DNA of 64,000 nt, taken from positions 746,233 to 810,232 of the forward strand of contig NMRA01000033.1 of the NCBI GenBank assembly GCA_002633005.1, given 5' to 3'. The notes under the pieces are model-generated. The model worked only from the letters and a program-made list of their open reading frames with translations. It was not told the DNA's origin and did not search any database. The position numbers were made by a program, and so were the translations under genes. Shown piece by piece: positions 14,208 through 27,214 of the stretch. Within the stretch, counting starts at the first letter, position 1. Every line of letters begins with the position of its first letter. Origin of the DNA: Phoronis australis. Taxonomy: Eukaryota > Animalia > Phoronida.

Positions 14208-14826
14208 AACTGCAGCATGCAGTGTGTTTTGCACTGTAGAAATGTGTTGAATACAGTAAATGTTCTCCAGTTACGGAGTCTGAAATTTGGAACACCAAAG
14301 TTCAAGCCCAATTTGAATTTTCTTGATACTGATTATTATCTGACATGGGTGCTTTTGGCTTTATCCAGTATCAGTATCTGGTTGGTAATTCTTGACTGCA
14401 GACTGCCAATATTGTTTATCTATAAAGTTTCGCACAAGGTCCGACCTCAAGCAAAATAATTAATTTTCACTGTCCCAAGCTAAGGAATACCATCCAGTGG
14501 TAAGTTTGAACTCTAAAATATATGTTAGGTCAACAAATAGAAAGTTAAGAAAAGTGATATAAATTTATTGAAGAATACACAGAACATACAAAGAAATAAT
14601 GAAAAACCCAGAAATCACGAAGCATTATATCTGGGTTGGTTGTAGACAATTCATAAATGAAAGTAATATACATAGAGGTATATACATTTAAGTAGTATCT
14701 AATATAAGTATTCCAATATTTAGACATGCTATTGGGAACATATTGAAAGTTAACCTTGTTTCTCTGTACCTAAAATACCTGGAAAACTGAAAGTGAAGTT
14801 AAAAGGTTGCTTTCAACTTAATAATT

Positions 14827-14827
<1 letters not shown>

Positions 14828-14863
<36 letters not shown>

Positions 14864-14878
14864 CGGTAATAATAATAA
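14828..14878. repeat. (AAT)n microsatellite, once interrupted
   Basis: Direct reading. Confidence 0.9.
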
Positions 14879-15424
14879 ACTTTATTTATGGAGGTAAACT
14901 AACAGGGGACCTGTTGTTATGGACGCACAAGTGTTGATCGGACCAGTCTGCTCACAAAGGCTGTTTGTGGCTTTTTTATTTCTTCGAATATTGTGATTGA
15001 CTGTGGCAAAATGTGTTTGATGATAAGATGACTAAATCAAAATGTTGCTAAAATACATAATGTTTCACTTGTTGATTACTTCCACTTTCTTAGAGAAGGT
15101 GCTTAGTAATTCTCCCTGTTCCTGGAATTTTTGTGTGCATTGTGTATTCCTTATACGTAGTTCTATATTTGATTGGTTGGTTTTGTCTTGAAGCCTTTAC
15201 ATCCCTTTTTCAGTTCGCTTCAAGAGTTTTTGTTGCAGTGTGTGCCATGACCTGAGTTCTGCATTTGTCTGTATTAAGATATTGTAAAATTTTACTCAGC
15301 TTGGCTTGTGTATCACTTCAGTTGTTAGAATAGAAATGAAACTAAACCTCTTTGTTTCTATCTGTTCCGAGGAACCACCTCTTCAGTAGCCAAACGGCGC
15401 CACATTTTGGTGTCGTGTAAAGAC

Positions 15425-17175
15425 AGTAGTAAGAGGCTTTGGCATTCCGTTTTTGCGGGTCTTCGGCCAAAGGTCATAAATCCGAAAGGGAAGGTCAAAG
15501 GTCACATGTTATGTACTTAATCGGAATGGACATCATCCGCGTACCGGACGGAAGTGTCAATGATGTCACGCTTAATTACCTAATAAGTTTAATTGAACCC
15601 GTTAGAGTGGAACTTCGGTCCCAGGTAATACGTGTAAGACGTCGTTAAATCGGAAGGACGATGTGGTAGAATATAAAATCACGTGACTGCCGACGTCGTC
15701 AGGTAAATGAGGGTGTGGCACCGTACCCCCACCCGGATGTTACGAAAAGGTAACGTTGAAAATGTTGTGTTTGTAGAGTTCAACTGATCGAGAGCCGAAA
15801 CAACATAGGGTTTAAGCTGCGTGCTGATAAGAACAAAAGGTGGATTACCTTATTTCGCGTGCGCCAGGTGTCGTCGTATATTCTGATTTCTCAAAAACAA
15901 ATGTTGCGTATATTCCGCGACAAATGATAAGGGGATAACCACCCAAGTCAACAACAGATGTTGCGTAAAGTCTGACCCAGGTACAGACGGTACTAAACTA
16001 ATAATACTAATAATAAGATGTGACCACCTAAAATAGAACATAAAATTAATATTGTTTAAACGTGTATTAATGACAAAGTAAATTCGAATACACTACAGAA
16101 ACCATCAAGACGTTCAGACACAGTTGCCCCTAAAAGTAGTAAATTATTAGTAGTAAATTATTAAATGTCCCGAATTAAATCTTCAATGGTCCAGTGGTGA
16201 CGCCATCGTCGAACACTTGTCTTTTGGGATAGGTGAATGCGCACCTCTCTTGCAGATAGGTATACATGTTGTTGGAAATATTGTGACCACATAAGAGAAA
16301 AGAAACATTCCAAGTTCAACCGTGTATTAATAACAACATACAAAAGTGGATAAAAGAGGATGAATGCCAAGGATTGCGTGACGTTTTCGTACGCAAATGT
16401 AGACAAAGCACCGTCTGAGCTTTGATGAATCTTGCATAATTGTCGGAGGAACGTAATGCAAAGGATAGCGTGACGTTTTCGTACTACAAAACTGTACACA
16501 AAGCACCGTCTCTGAGCTTTTACGAATCTTATATAATTGCCACATAATCTCTGGGCTGACACAAACCCTACTTTGTAATGATTTAATCGAGTACATTTTG
16601 TGGGTCAATTAAGTACATTTTGAACCCGTCTGAGAATTTTGAACTTCAATGATCACGGGTGAGAAACAAAAACATGGCCGCCGGTCCTCTAAATCGGACT
16701 GACTCACCCAAAACAGGACCTCCGGGGATCAAATGGGACCGTCGATCGCACCAGAAAATGGGACTGACGCACCTAAAAACATGACCGCCCCACCACAAAA
16801 CAGGACCGCCGGACAATATGTGGTTTCAATCCCCGGTCCTGGATCGCAATTAACAGGTGGATTTAACAGCGCAGCGTCGACGCTGCGGTGCAGTATGAAC
16901 CGTCAACTTCGGTCCTATCGAAGTTATCGTGAGGTGCCACTGTTATCGTCAACAATTACAGGGTAGTGCCGTCGCTAATATAATAGTTGCTCTCTATCGG
17001 GTCCAATTAAACCTATTACGTAATTAGGTTGACGTCATTGACACTTCCGTCCGGTAGGCGAGTGATGTCCCTTCCGATGCATATAACATGTGACCTTTGA
17101 CCTTTCCTTTCGGATTTATGACCTTTGACCGAGGACCCGCAAAGACGGGGCGCCAAAACCTCTTACTATACTACT
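15425..17175. mobile_element. Non-autonomous Polinton/Maverick-like element (~185-bp TIRs, 6-bp TSD)
   Basis: Both termini read AGTAGT; imperfect TIRs ~15425-15607 and ~16992-17175; AAAGAC duplicated at 15419-15424 and 17176-17181; no convincing ORF inside. Confidence 0.75.
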
Positions 17176-17377
17176 AAAGACTGTAGAACATATTGAGCGC
17201 CTCAAAGGCTAGGGAACCGCTCAGAGGGGATAGATGACCACCACCTTCCAAAAAATTACCCGAAATCTGGAGCATACTCATCACCTCCTCGCCACCCTTT
17301 AAGGAATGTTCTACGTAGTCACCGCTCTTCACGCCAAGATTCATGATCCACTTCCAGGCACCAAGGAATCCATCCAA

Positions 17378-17910
17378 AACAAGAGCAACGAGGAGCGTTG
17401 AAATGCACCCATGAATGCACCGCTAACGGTGTGCTTCTAGGGGTGTTTATTTGAAACATCAAAATGGCAACTAGATGGCGCAAAATATGTCGAATCCATC
17501 CGAGAACTTGTATGTGTCATCAAAACTATTAATCAAATTTCATAAAAATCCGTCAAGGAACTTCTGAGAAAACAGAGTAATATGAAAAAATGAAATTGCC
17601 ACAAAGAGGCTATAAGCGCAAAAACATAACTGCAACTAAGAGGCGCCAAAGTAGATAAAGTCGTCAGAAAATCATCGTCAGACTTCCTCTTCACATTAGG
17701 AACATAAATGTCAATTTCCACAACCATCCTTAGAGTGGTTTAGTTGACATAGTCCGGTCCCTTAGCAGCCAAAAACCCCAAAACATTTACACCCCGGATT
17801 AAAGCACCAAATTTGGTACACAGATACTTTGGGACACGCTGAATCTCATGGGGGTCGGTTGCCCGAAATTTGAGGTCAAGGTCAAGGTCAAATCAAGGTC
17901 AAAGGTCATG
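17378..17910 (-). mobile_element. Second HINE-like copy, same family as 7119-7859
   Basis: Reverse complement of the same 3' end (CAACGCTCCTCGTTGCTCTTGTT) and body; AGGTCA-type short repeats at 17871-17908. Confidence 0.55.
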
Positions 17911-18944
17911 TGGGTAATTTTTTTGAAATGGCTTCAGACGAAATATCTGTTTCATTACTGTTTCAGGTGATAAGCAGGAGGCTTTATTTTGATTTAAAAT
18001 TAATGTTAATAACTTGTACAAATAAGTTAAAAGTAAAAAAGTAATTTTCCTGACACTTACGATGGTAATTATCCTAATTAATATAGCATATACATTTTCA
18101 ATGAAAAATAAGTCTAATTGTTTTCTCTGGCTGAGAAAAACTGTCAAACTAGTATGAATATGCATTAAATCAACTCTAGAATGTTTTACCTTTAACAGAA
18201 ATTCATTTTTAAATGTTTTTGTTACAATATTTATGGTTAATTATGTAACAAATTGTCTCCGAAATTAAAAGGAAATCGGACATCTTGCTAAATTTTCAAA
18301 GAACAATTGCTGAAACTTTTATCATCATTTTTAATTTGATCATAGCTGAAGGTAACTTTGTTNNNNNNNNNNNNNNNNNNNNNNNNNNNNNNNNNNNNNN
18401 NNNNNNNNNNNNNNNNNNNNNNNNNNNNNNNNNNNNNNNNNNNNNNNNNNNNNNNNNNNNNNNNNNNNNNNNNNNNNNNNNNNNNNNNNNNNNNNNNNNN
18501 NNNNNNNNNNNNNNNNNNNNNNNNNNNNNNNNNNNNNNNNNNNNNNNNNNNNNNNNNNNNNNNNNNNNNNNNNNNNNNNNNNNNNNNNNNNNNNNNNNNN
18601 NNNNNNNNNNNNNNNNNNNNNNNNNNNNNNNNNNNGGCCCTGAATAAACCCCGTTTACCGTTTTTTGTTAGTCAACAGGTCCGCAAGCCCAAGAATTCAA
18701 GCCCCTGCATCCCCAGATTTTAGTCTGGGTGCGCGCATCTGCCGAAATGCTGCTTATTCCTGTGCCCTGCCCCCCCCTAACTCAAAATCCTGGGTCCGTC
18801 CCTGGTCCTCCGCCGTTGCTCAAACAAAAACAAGACACTGTGTTTTAGCAGAGAAACCCCGGCGAGTATGTATACAATGGTACGCAGTCTCGGTAGACTT
18901 CATACGAGCAACTAATTTGATGGGAAAGATTTCCAAAGTTACAT

Positions 18945-19990
18945 GTCACTATTCCGAAGGTTCACTACTCCAAAAGTCCATTTGGAATCGCTAATGATCA
19001 GTTACGAACATGACACATTTTGGATAAAGATTTAGGAATCGCGATTAATCAGTCACCAAAAAAAGCTGTGTTGAATGAGGAGCTCACAGGTGTGTACCGC
19101 ACGTTGGCTCTGTTTCGATAGGCTTGTGGGCTTCCTACCGTTTGTTGCATTCACACTCTCTGCTTGTATGCCCCTCTTCCCGCTGTCACGTGTATTTCCC
19201 TGTTTATTTCGCCATGTATATGTTCATTCCACTTCTTGCCTGATGTTGAGACATGCAGTTTCAAAATATAGCCAGTGTTTTAATTTGTTTGTTTGTTATG
19301 TCTCTAAGTGTTTTGCTACACAGCTGCACACCTGAAGACAGGAGTTCGTTACGACATTACATGTACGAGCGACTCTGTATCAAGCTTTCCAACAAAACGT
19401 TCAGTCGCGGTTTCAACTATGTTTGTGTTAAGGAAGAGGCTGGCACTGACCTATACTCAGTGATTTTTAAAATGCAAGAACGTACTCATTTTTCCGTATT
19501 TGAAAGACATGCGGGCAATTTCGTTTGTGCATGAAATAAATAGTACCCGGACGTTGTTTTCGGTATATGTACACCACTCTGCGCACCTAGTGAACCTTCG
19601 GAGTAATGAACCTTCAGAATAGTGGGCTGTTGCCATTTCCAGCGATGTAAGTTACTCGCAAAAATACAACCAGGTAGGGTGGCCTACTAACCAAATTTAG
19701 CTTCAACCCGGCCGTGCGCGAGGTTCCTTGGGTGAGGTTGTGGCGCGGCAGCGGCCCTAAACTCTTCAGTCGCGCTGCGTTGGGATCTTGACATGGGTTT
19801 GATGAATGCGTCGTGGTTGATAATTCACCAGTATTCCGACTTCATGTCGTTTTAAAAATGCAAGTGTGCACTCATTTTAAGACATGCGGGCAATTTCGGA
19901 TGCACACGAAATCTGAACACCGTTTCTAGTGAGCAGTGAACCTCCGGAGTAGTGAACCTTCGAAATAGTGGGCTGTTCCAATTCCCAGCG
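18945..19990. repeat. Short repeat family GTGAACCTTCGGAGTA(A/G)TGAACCTTC (copies ~19590-19640, ~19935-19990, inverted ~18946-18971)
   Basis: Direct and inverted copies visible; likely ends of a non-autonomous DNA element. Confidence 0.5.
19075..19350 (+). mobile_element. Probable Penelope-like terminal-repeat relic with degenerate hammerhead motif
   Basis: CCTGATGTTGAGAC-ATGCA-GTTTCAAAATATAGC at ~19239-19272 resembles CTGATGA-stem II-GAAA with two core changes; second CCTGAAGA at ~19331. Confidence 0.35.
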
Positions 19991-20521
19991 ATATTAGCAA
20001 CTTAAATAACACATAAAAATACAACCGGATAAACAATTTCGTTAAGTCATTCGCCGTTTAAACTCCATATTTCCGTCCAAGTATGTAATGAGGTGTATCA
20101 CTCCGCATGTAAGCATGGCTGATTTGAAATTTTGGCAGGAGCTAATGCGAGCACATTCTCTTTCTGGACCGCAATACATCCGAATTTGTGTCCCGTTCTT
20201 TGATTGCAACCTTCACAGCATCCTCATTTCTGGTATTACAAATTCTGTCTCATCTCATACAGTGAATAAGTGAGACTCATCGTTGTGTAAGCAGATCCCC
20301 ACCTCTAATTAAGCTGCGACAAAGGCCTTACCGAAAACTCTACAGTGTCGACGTTTGTAAAATATCAAAGGGCCACCGTTGTAGAAATTCGAACCACCCC
20401 CCGCTCACTACTGCCTACGGGTCTGTTTTTGTCACCGGGAATAGCGAAATGCTGTCAATTTTCACTATTTGTTGTTTGGCTGCTCGCGATGAGCCGACTC
20501 GCGCAATTATATAGTTGGCGT

Positions 20522-20679
20522 CAGAGGAGGATTTAGAGGGGGGCCAAGGGGGCCACGGCCTCTCCTAAAATTTCCAAAGATTCCATTTGGCAGTTAGGGG
20601 TGCCAATGTCTGACGGGCAAAATCCTAGCCAATGCTCTGCCCTGGCCCCCCAAAACTCAAAATCCTGGATCCGTCCACG
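20522..20679. mobile_element. Degenerate MITE of the CAG-GG-GGAT family
   Basis: CAGAGGAGGATTTAGAGGGGGGCC...CCTGGATCCGTCCACG; TSD not preserved. Confidence 0.5.
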
Positions 20680-20933
20680 AGTGTAGGCTTACTGCCCAAA
20701 AAAGTTTGTATGAACATTTTGGTAGAACTAACGTTGACCGGAGTCCCGCGGGTCTCGCCACCTGGTGACTAACTGACGGGCATCATCCCACTGACAGGCG
20801 CTGAATGTTTAATGATGATGACTGTCATTAGGCAGCAGTGAAAAATTTACACAACGTGGTTGCACATCGTTTTACATGGCGGTAAAGGCACACGATTCAG
20901 TCTCATAGAATCTTCTCAACCGAATTGGCGGTC

Positions 20934-21056
20934 AGTGGTACAAAGTGACTACTTTCCTCGTGGGTGCCTTCGGAATGGCGATGTTGAGCGTGGTCGATGC
21001 ATTCAATGTGTATGCCAACGCCTTCAAATCTTAGTTCAATTACACGCAACAAGAAG
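20934..21056 (+). pseudogene. Disabled duplicate of MFS transporter exon 1
   Basis: High identity to ~1993-2115 including CAAGAAG|GTAAG donor; ATG lost; AAG changed to in-frame TAG at 21032-21034. Confidence 0.85.
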
Positions 21057-23540
21057 GTAAGTTTTGCGGCATAAATGACATTTCTATAAAATATAGTACA
21101 CCCTACTGCACTGTATATTATTACATTACACCGTGTACATGCCTACCGGACTGTCCTAGGGTATGGAACTGTTTTGTTAAGTTTGTTCCTCCGGCTATGA
21201 ACATGCCACACAATGGGATAGTCAATGGCCAACACGTTTCTTTCATATCTTACACAAGGAATAAATACCAGAATCACGAGAATATATCTTGCGATGAAAA
21301 TGAGGAAATTGGAAGTAGAACTTACGAATATGTCTCTCCCTTCTTAAGTGGGGTAATTTGCACCAGTGCAAGTTGTTCTAGGGTTGGCTGTGTGTGGACG
21401 GGACTTATAATGACGTCTAAACAGCACTCAAACCTGACAACTCGTTCCAGGAGTAACTTGTTCTAGAGTAAGTCTGAGCGTGTGGACGGCACTTAAGACG
21501 AGAAGCGATTTTTATCCGTAAACGTATGTGTGCGTGTGCGTGTGTGTGCGCGTGCGTGGTGTGTATGTGCGTATAGAGATCAGGGTGCCAATGTGGGGTT
21601 TTGGTGTCTTCTGGCCCGGAACTAGAGTAAACGGAATCGTAGCTGGATTTTAGAGGTGCCATCGCCGAATTGTTGCCACAGCCCGAGCAGCAAAATCGAA
21701 AGTTCATGCAAGTTACAATTAAGGAACTGGTATACGCAACTTGACTTTTGGATGCATGGCATGGTGGCTTGTGAATTGTGTGTAACAGCACTATAAGCCT
21801 TGAAATTGGACGCCCCTCAACCTGTTAGAACGGGAAATATATAACTTGGACTTTTTGAATCAAACATTTACAGTTTTGGTTTTCAATTTTCAGTGAAGGC
21901 AATTTCCGTGAGTACTGGTGAATTGTGCACGCTAGTAAATTTCTTTTAAACATTCTATCTGCCAAAACTTCAGTAGGAGAGTTGAAACTACTGGATTCCA
22001 AAAACTTTTTAATTCGAATAGCATTAGCATAACATTATACAACAATATAGTGCCTTTAATATAATCCTCTACACAATACTGCCACGTTTTTCAACTTTTT
22101 CATTTTAATAGCATTACATAACGCAGTATAATATAAAGTAAAATCTATAAACTACGTTTCTACTCAAGACTGATATAATTTTTATGTGCAGTTAAATTTT
22201 AACAAATTTTAGTTGCTTTACGATTTTTAAATTTTTTTGTGTTTTTATTATTTTCTGTTTATACATCCTTAACAAGATTACCAGTGTATTATACTATGGG
22301 TAAAAAATATTTTTATGGACTGTAAACGGTTACCTTATTTTGGTTCATTTTTAAGATCCACGGCTTCACAACAGTTATATGACAGTAAACAACCACAGGC
22401 GCTTGGGTTTATCGCAAATGACGTCACTCAATAATATATAAGAAAACATAAAGGTTGGACACTTAAACTTTGCCAAGCCGAGGCTCCCAACTTCAACCGT
22501 CCAAAATCCAAATAAAATCTGCGTGCACCTCCCTCAGTCTGGTGTTGCATAAACCTTCGAAGCCTTATCTTTCCTAGATTCCATTAACTGTCTTCGTGAG
22601 TGGTGAATTGGCGATGGAATTTCCAAAACAATCTCAAAACTTTGAATTCAAGGACCTGAAATAGTAAACATGGCGGATTTCAGTTGTGCTTCAACTTGTA
22701 CGCCTGTCGTAGGTGAAACTTCGAGTTTGGGCAAGCAACCTATATTTCAAATTCAATAATTCTAATCCAAAATTTCAACTAATTGAGAATGTTAAAGTTA
22801 GTATTTTAATGATTATTTGTAACTTTATTCCACTGACGGCTCATTTTAGCCCTTAACTTAGAATTTTATTGCATAAACTGGCGTATCTTGTTTCTCATCT
22901 TGACATCACGCACTTTTTTGATTGAAGCACAACACACNNNNNNNNNNNNNNNNNNNNNNNNNNNNNNNNNNNNNNNNNNNNNNNNNNNNNNNNNNNNNNN
23001 NNNNNNNNNNNNNNNNNNNNNNNNNNNNNNNNNNNNNNNNNNNNNNNNNNNNNNNNNNNNNNNNNNNNNNNNNNNNNNNNNNNNNNNNNNNNNNNNNNNN
23101 NNNNNNNNNNNNNNNNNNNNNNNNNNNNNNNNNNNNNNNNNNNNNNNNNNNNNNNNNNNNNNNNNNNNNNNNNNNNNNNNNNNNNNNNNNNNNNNNNNNN
23201 NNNNNNNNNNNNNNNNNNNNNNNNNNNNNNNNNNNNNNNNNNNNNNNNNNNNNNNNNNNNNNNNNNNNNNNNNNNNNNNNNNNNNNNNNNNNNNNNNNNN
23301 NNNNNNNNNNNNNNNNNNNNNNNNNNNNNNNNNNNNNNNNNNNNNNNNNNNNNNNNNNNNNNNNNNNNNNNNNNNNNNNNNNNNNNNNNNNNNNNNNNNN
23401 NNNNNNNNNNNNNNNNNNNNNNNNNNNNNNNNNNNNNNNNNNNNNNNNNNNNNNNNNNNNNNNNNNNNNNNNNNNNNNNNNNNNNNNNNNNNNNNNNNNN
23501 NNNNNNNNNNNNNNNNNNNNNNNNNNNNNNNNNNNNNNNN

Positions 23541-23542
23541 TA

Positions 23543-23575
<33 letters not shown>

Positions 23576-23853
23576 CTGTGTATTTGGGTAGCAGACCTTC
23601 TTTTATATATGTTGCGTTGAAAAGTAAGCTGTTCTTTGCTTTAATTAGTTTGTACAACAAACTTTCGTAGTGTCTACACAAGTGTCTTTCATCAGATGGT
23701 AGTTGATATAATAGATCGCCCAGTGTAAGTGGCATCACAAACACATATATATGAGTAAATATATATGTATAGACACTACGAAAGTTTGTTGTACAAACTA
23801 ATTAAAGCAAAGAACAGCTTACTTTTCAACGCAACATATATATATATATATAT
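23541..23853. mobile_element. Penelope-like element 5' ORF fragments in inverted arrangement within (TA)n
   Basis: Minus-strand peptide LGDLLYQLPSDERHLCRHYESLLYKLIKAKNSLLFNATYIKEGLLPKYT; 73-bp inverted repeat 23604-23676 / 23770-23842; TA repeats on both sides and in the spacer. Confidence 0.5.
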
Positions 23854-26800
23854 ATTATTGAGTGACGTCATTTGCGATAAACCCAAGCGCCTGCAGTGTG
23901 TAAACAACGAGGCGACGGCGTCGTACTTTCCAACGAATCCGCTTTTGGCCGGAATGTCCCGCGTTTTGAAGGTTTGCTCCGCCGTCATTGCCGCGTTCCA
24001 CTATCCAAATGTCTCGCTCTTTAACGTACAGCGAAATTGACCGACTACCAGTTATTATCGTTATTTTCCACGCAATATAGCCTTATTTTTCCGTTCTACT
24101 AAAATCATCAAAAGGGTAGTTGAGGCGATTTCATGTGTTTGGCCTTGGCTTGCGTTTTGGCATAAACCAATGTGTCCGGCTTTATATTCAAATGTTCCGC
24201 TTTTTCAGTCCAGGTCCCCAGACAACTGAGATTCCATTTTCGTTACCGACTCGTCACTGGATGTCTATATGACCCATTTTCTTGTTGGTGATGGAAATAG
24301 AACCCTTTCACGGTAAGGAATATTATGAGACCTATTTGTGACGGTAAACGGCATAAATCAATTTTTAGCAAAAAATACGAGTGCAAAACTGAAACGTCCA
24401 CTATACGATGACGCTTTTCACGCCCAAGTTCTTTTTGGATAACAATGCATAAAGTATAATAAAGTTTAATATAAATCCAATCAGCCATTTCTGAGATAGG
24501 ATGTTTCAAAGGTAGCCAAACTTGGCCATTATCAAAGTTCCTAAATGACCTTGTTAATAAATTTTAAAATCCGACCAGAGTTGCATTTGATGAGCGCAAA
24601 ATTACGAGTGTGAACTTTTCGAACTTCTTTAGAGCTCATGTGACCTACAAAACAGTTCCGCATCGGCTAATGGATTACTGGCGTCAATCTTGAAAGACAA
24701 AAGCAGGAATCAACTAAAAGCTCTTATCTATTTCACAAACGACTTGTCTATCCAATAATCTGAAACAAAATAATGCCCTGTAACACCCGACAACCCTCAA
24801 AGCTTGGAGGGCATTTTGAAAACTTTTTTCAAAGTCAGCTAAACGGGCAAGCGTGACCTACGTTTTAGCGCCGAATTACATGGCAACTGGGCGGGAAAGA
24901 CCACCCTAGAGGGAGCGTGAGTTTTTAGCTGGATCCTGCTTTTATCTTTCAAGATTGCATTAGCAGGGGACAGATCGAAGACTGGTTTAAATCATCAACA
25001 GAGGGTTTAGTATCTTTTTAATATGTGCTTGTTGCTCGGCGAATTGAATGACATGCCGTGACAAATCAACTTCTAGCGCAGAGCCCCAGTTGTATCACTC
25101 TGTGACTAGTCAAGTTGGGCCACAGATACCAGAACGTAGCTAGTACCTAAAATACGTTGTAAACAGATGGGAGTAACGAAACGGTAGTTTTTAATTACCG
25201 TATCCTTGTGTTCACCACTTCAAATTTGGAATAGAAACACAACTATATAATTTGAGTCTTCACAAAGTTTCGATTTCTTAAACAAACGTATTTATACAGT
25301 CATAAGTCGACGTGGAGGTCACCCTCTCTTTTTGTCAGTTATGACACAAATTGTCCAACAAGTTTAGCTAGCTCACAATTGGCCAGTTTTAAACTCATTT
25401 GCAGTTGATTACGCAACTAATGTCACTTGTTTAGATCTTATTTCGTAACCAAAAGTGAACCACGATAAACGGAAGGCGGCATGGTTTGTGTGTTCTAGAC
25501 AAAAATGGGTGGCTGCGCCCCCTGACGGCGATGTATTGCAGACAAGTCCTTACTAGATATGCAACTAACAGGAGTCCTCACAGTGAAGGAACAAGATGGT
25601 ACTATGATTTGTTTTGGTTTAAAACGACAATCCTTCGGTTCGAATCTCAAACGAAAGAACAGTGGTGAGACTCCATGAAGAATAAAACAACAGAATGAAG
25701 TGTTGAGACGAGTATATTAAACATGCAAGACAAAACAGTACAGACTTACATCCTTTTCTACAGTCGCCATGTCAGAGTCAAATTCCTTGACAAAGTAATA
25801 TTGTGAAATTGAATCTAAGCCCAAAATGAAGTCCTTAATTAGTCAGTATTGCTGTTAGGTTCGAAATTGTTATCAGGGTAGAAGGGATCCGACGGAACAC
25901 AATCAAACCGAACCGAACCTAACCTCTCTATTCTTTATTCGTGCCGAGTACCCCGTTTGTGCCTATTTACATGTAGTTCAAAATACATCAATTTGGGTGT
26001 CTCTAGAACAATGTAATACACACTAAGATGTAAAATGCAATTCCGTCGTAGGAAGTGCCAAATATGGGATACTCGGAAAGTTAACGAAAATGGCATACCT
26101 AATTTAAAGAAAGATTCAACCCCATGGAGAAAGAGGGCAAGCAGAAAGAGGTCTATCGTCTTGAGAAATTAAGATTGGGGTACATTAATGAGCTGCCTCA
26201 CCCTTTGTCATTAGACAATTGCGATATTACCCCAACTAACACGACTACCATTACCGATACAGGACATTGAGCGATGTTTTGAAGCATATACCGGAAAGTG
26301 ATGTGTACGCTAAATGTCACGCGGACTTAATTACAACAAACTTAAAATAAACTGACAATACAGAAAACCACGGATCAATGAATAAATAAGTAGCTAAGCA
26401 AATAAGAAAAGAGTGAACACGTAGAAACAACACGATCAGAATTATAATGAGAAGAGAGATGAGAAAAAATTCCACCAAGAATCTAATTACAGACTAATCC
26501 CGAATAATGAAAAGCTAGTAGAATAATAACAGCTGACTGGCATAAACATACTTCTGTCCATTCATAAGACCAGTTGCATTTAGAAGTGGTCTAACAATAT
26601 CAATATGATGTTTTTAATAAATAGATATATATCTCGCTATTGATACCATAAGTTTTGCTCCAAAAATTCATTGCTAACTCAACAGAAAAACTGGTCAGGT
26701 ACACTAGAACCTTAATTTTAAAATGCGATTTTCTAAGTCTTTTAATTGTTAGCAATATTCAATTAATTATTCACTGGGCACTGAAATGGGATGGGTTGAA

Positions 26801-27214
26801 AGCAAACAAGGAGTGACTATCACCTTCGAAGAGGGGATCCTCCTTCTGTGTATGGTACTTTAAGTTGACAAACATCTAAATGGGTGCTTTGTTATAGCGA
26901 AAGTTCACACTTAAACTCAACAGATGCTATTCATATTGGGTGTGGGTATTACTTGACCATTGTGGCCAAATAAACACAACAGCTAGACTGAGCCATACTT
27001 CTGGGTAAAGTAACTTATTATAATAACTTGAACATGAATTGGTGCACAGGTGACCAAAAACGAACCCATAAACACAATTCCATTATTTTTAGGCCTAAAT
27101 GAGGTGTATTTTAACTTCAGTCTATACAAGTTCTTTCCACAAAATTATCTTTTGTACTTTCCAAAAGAGTAGAGATTTAGAACTTTATACATTTTGTGAG
27201 TCTGCGTTTTTGCC

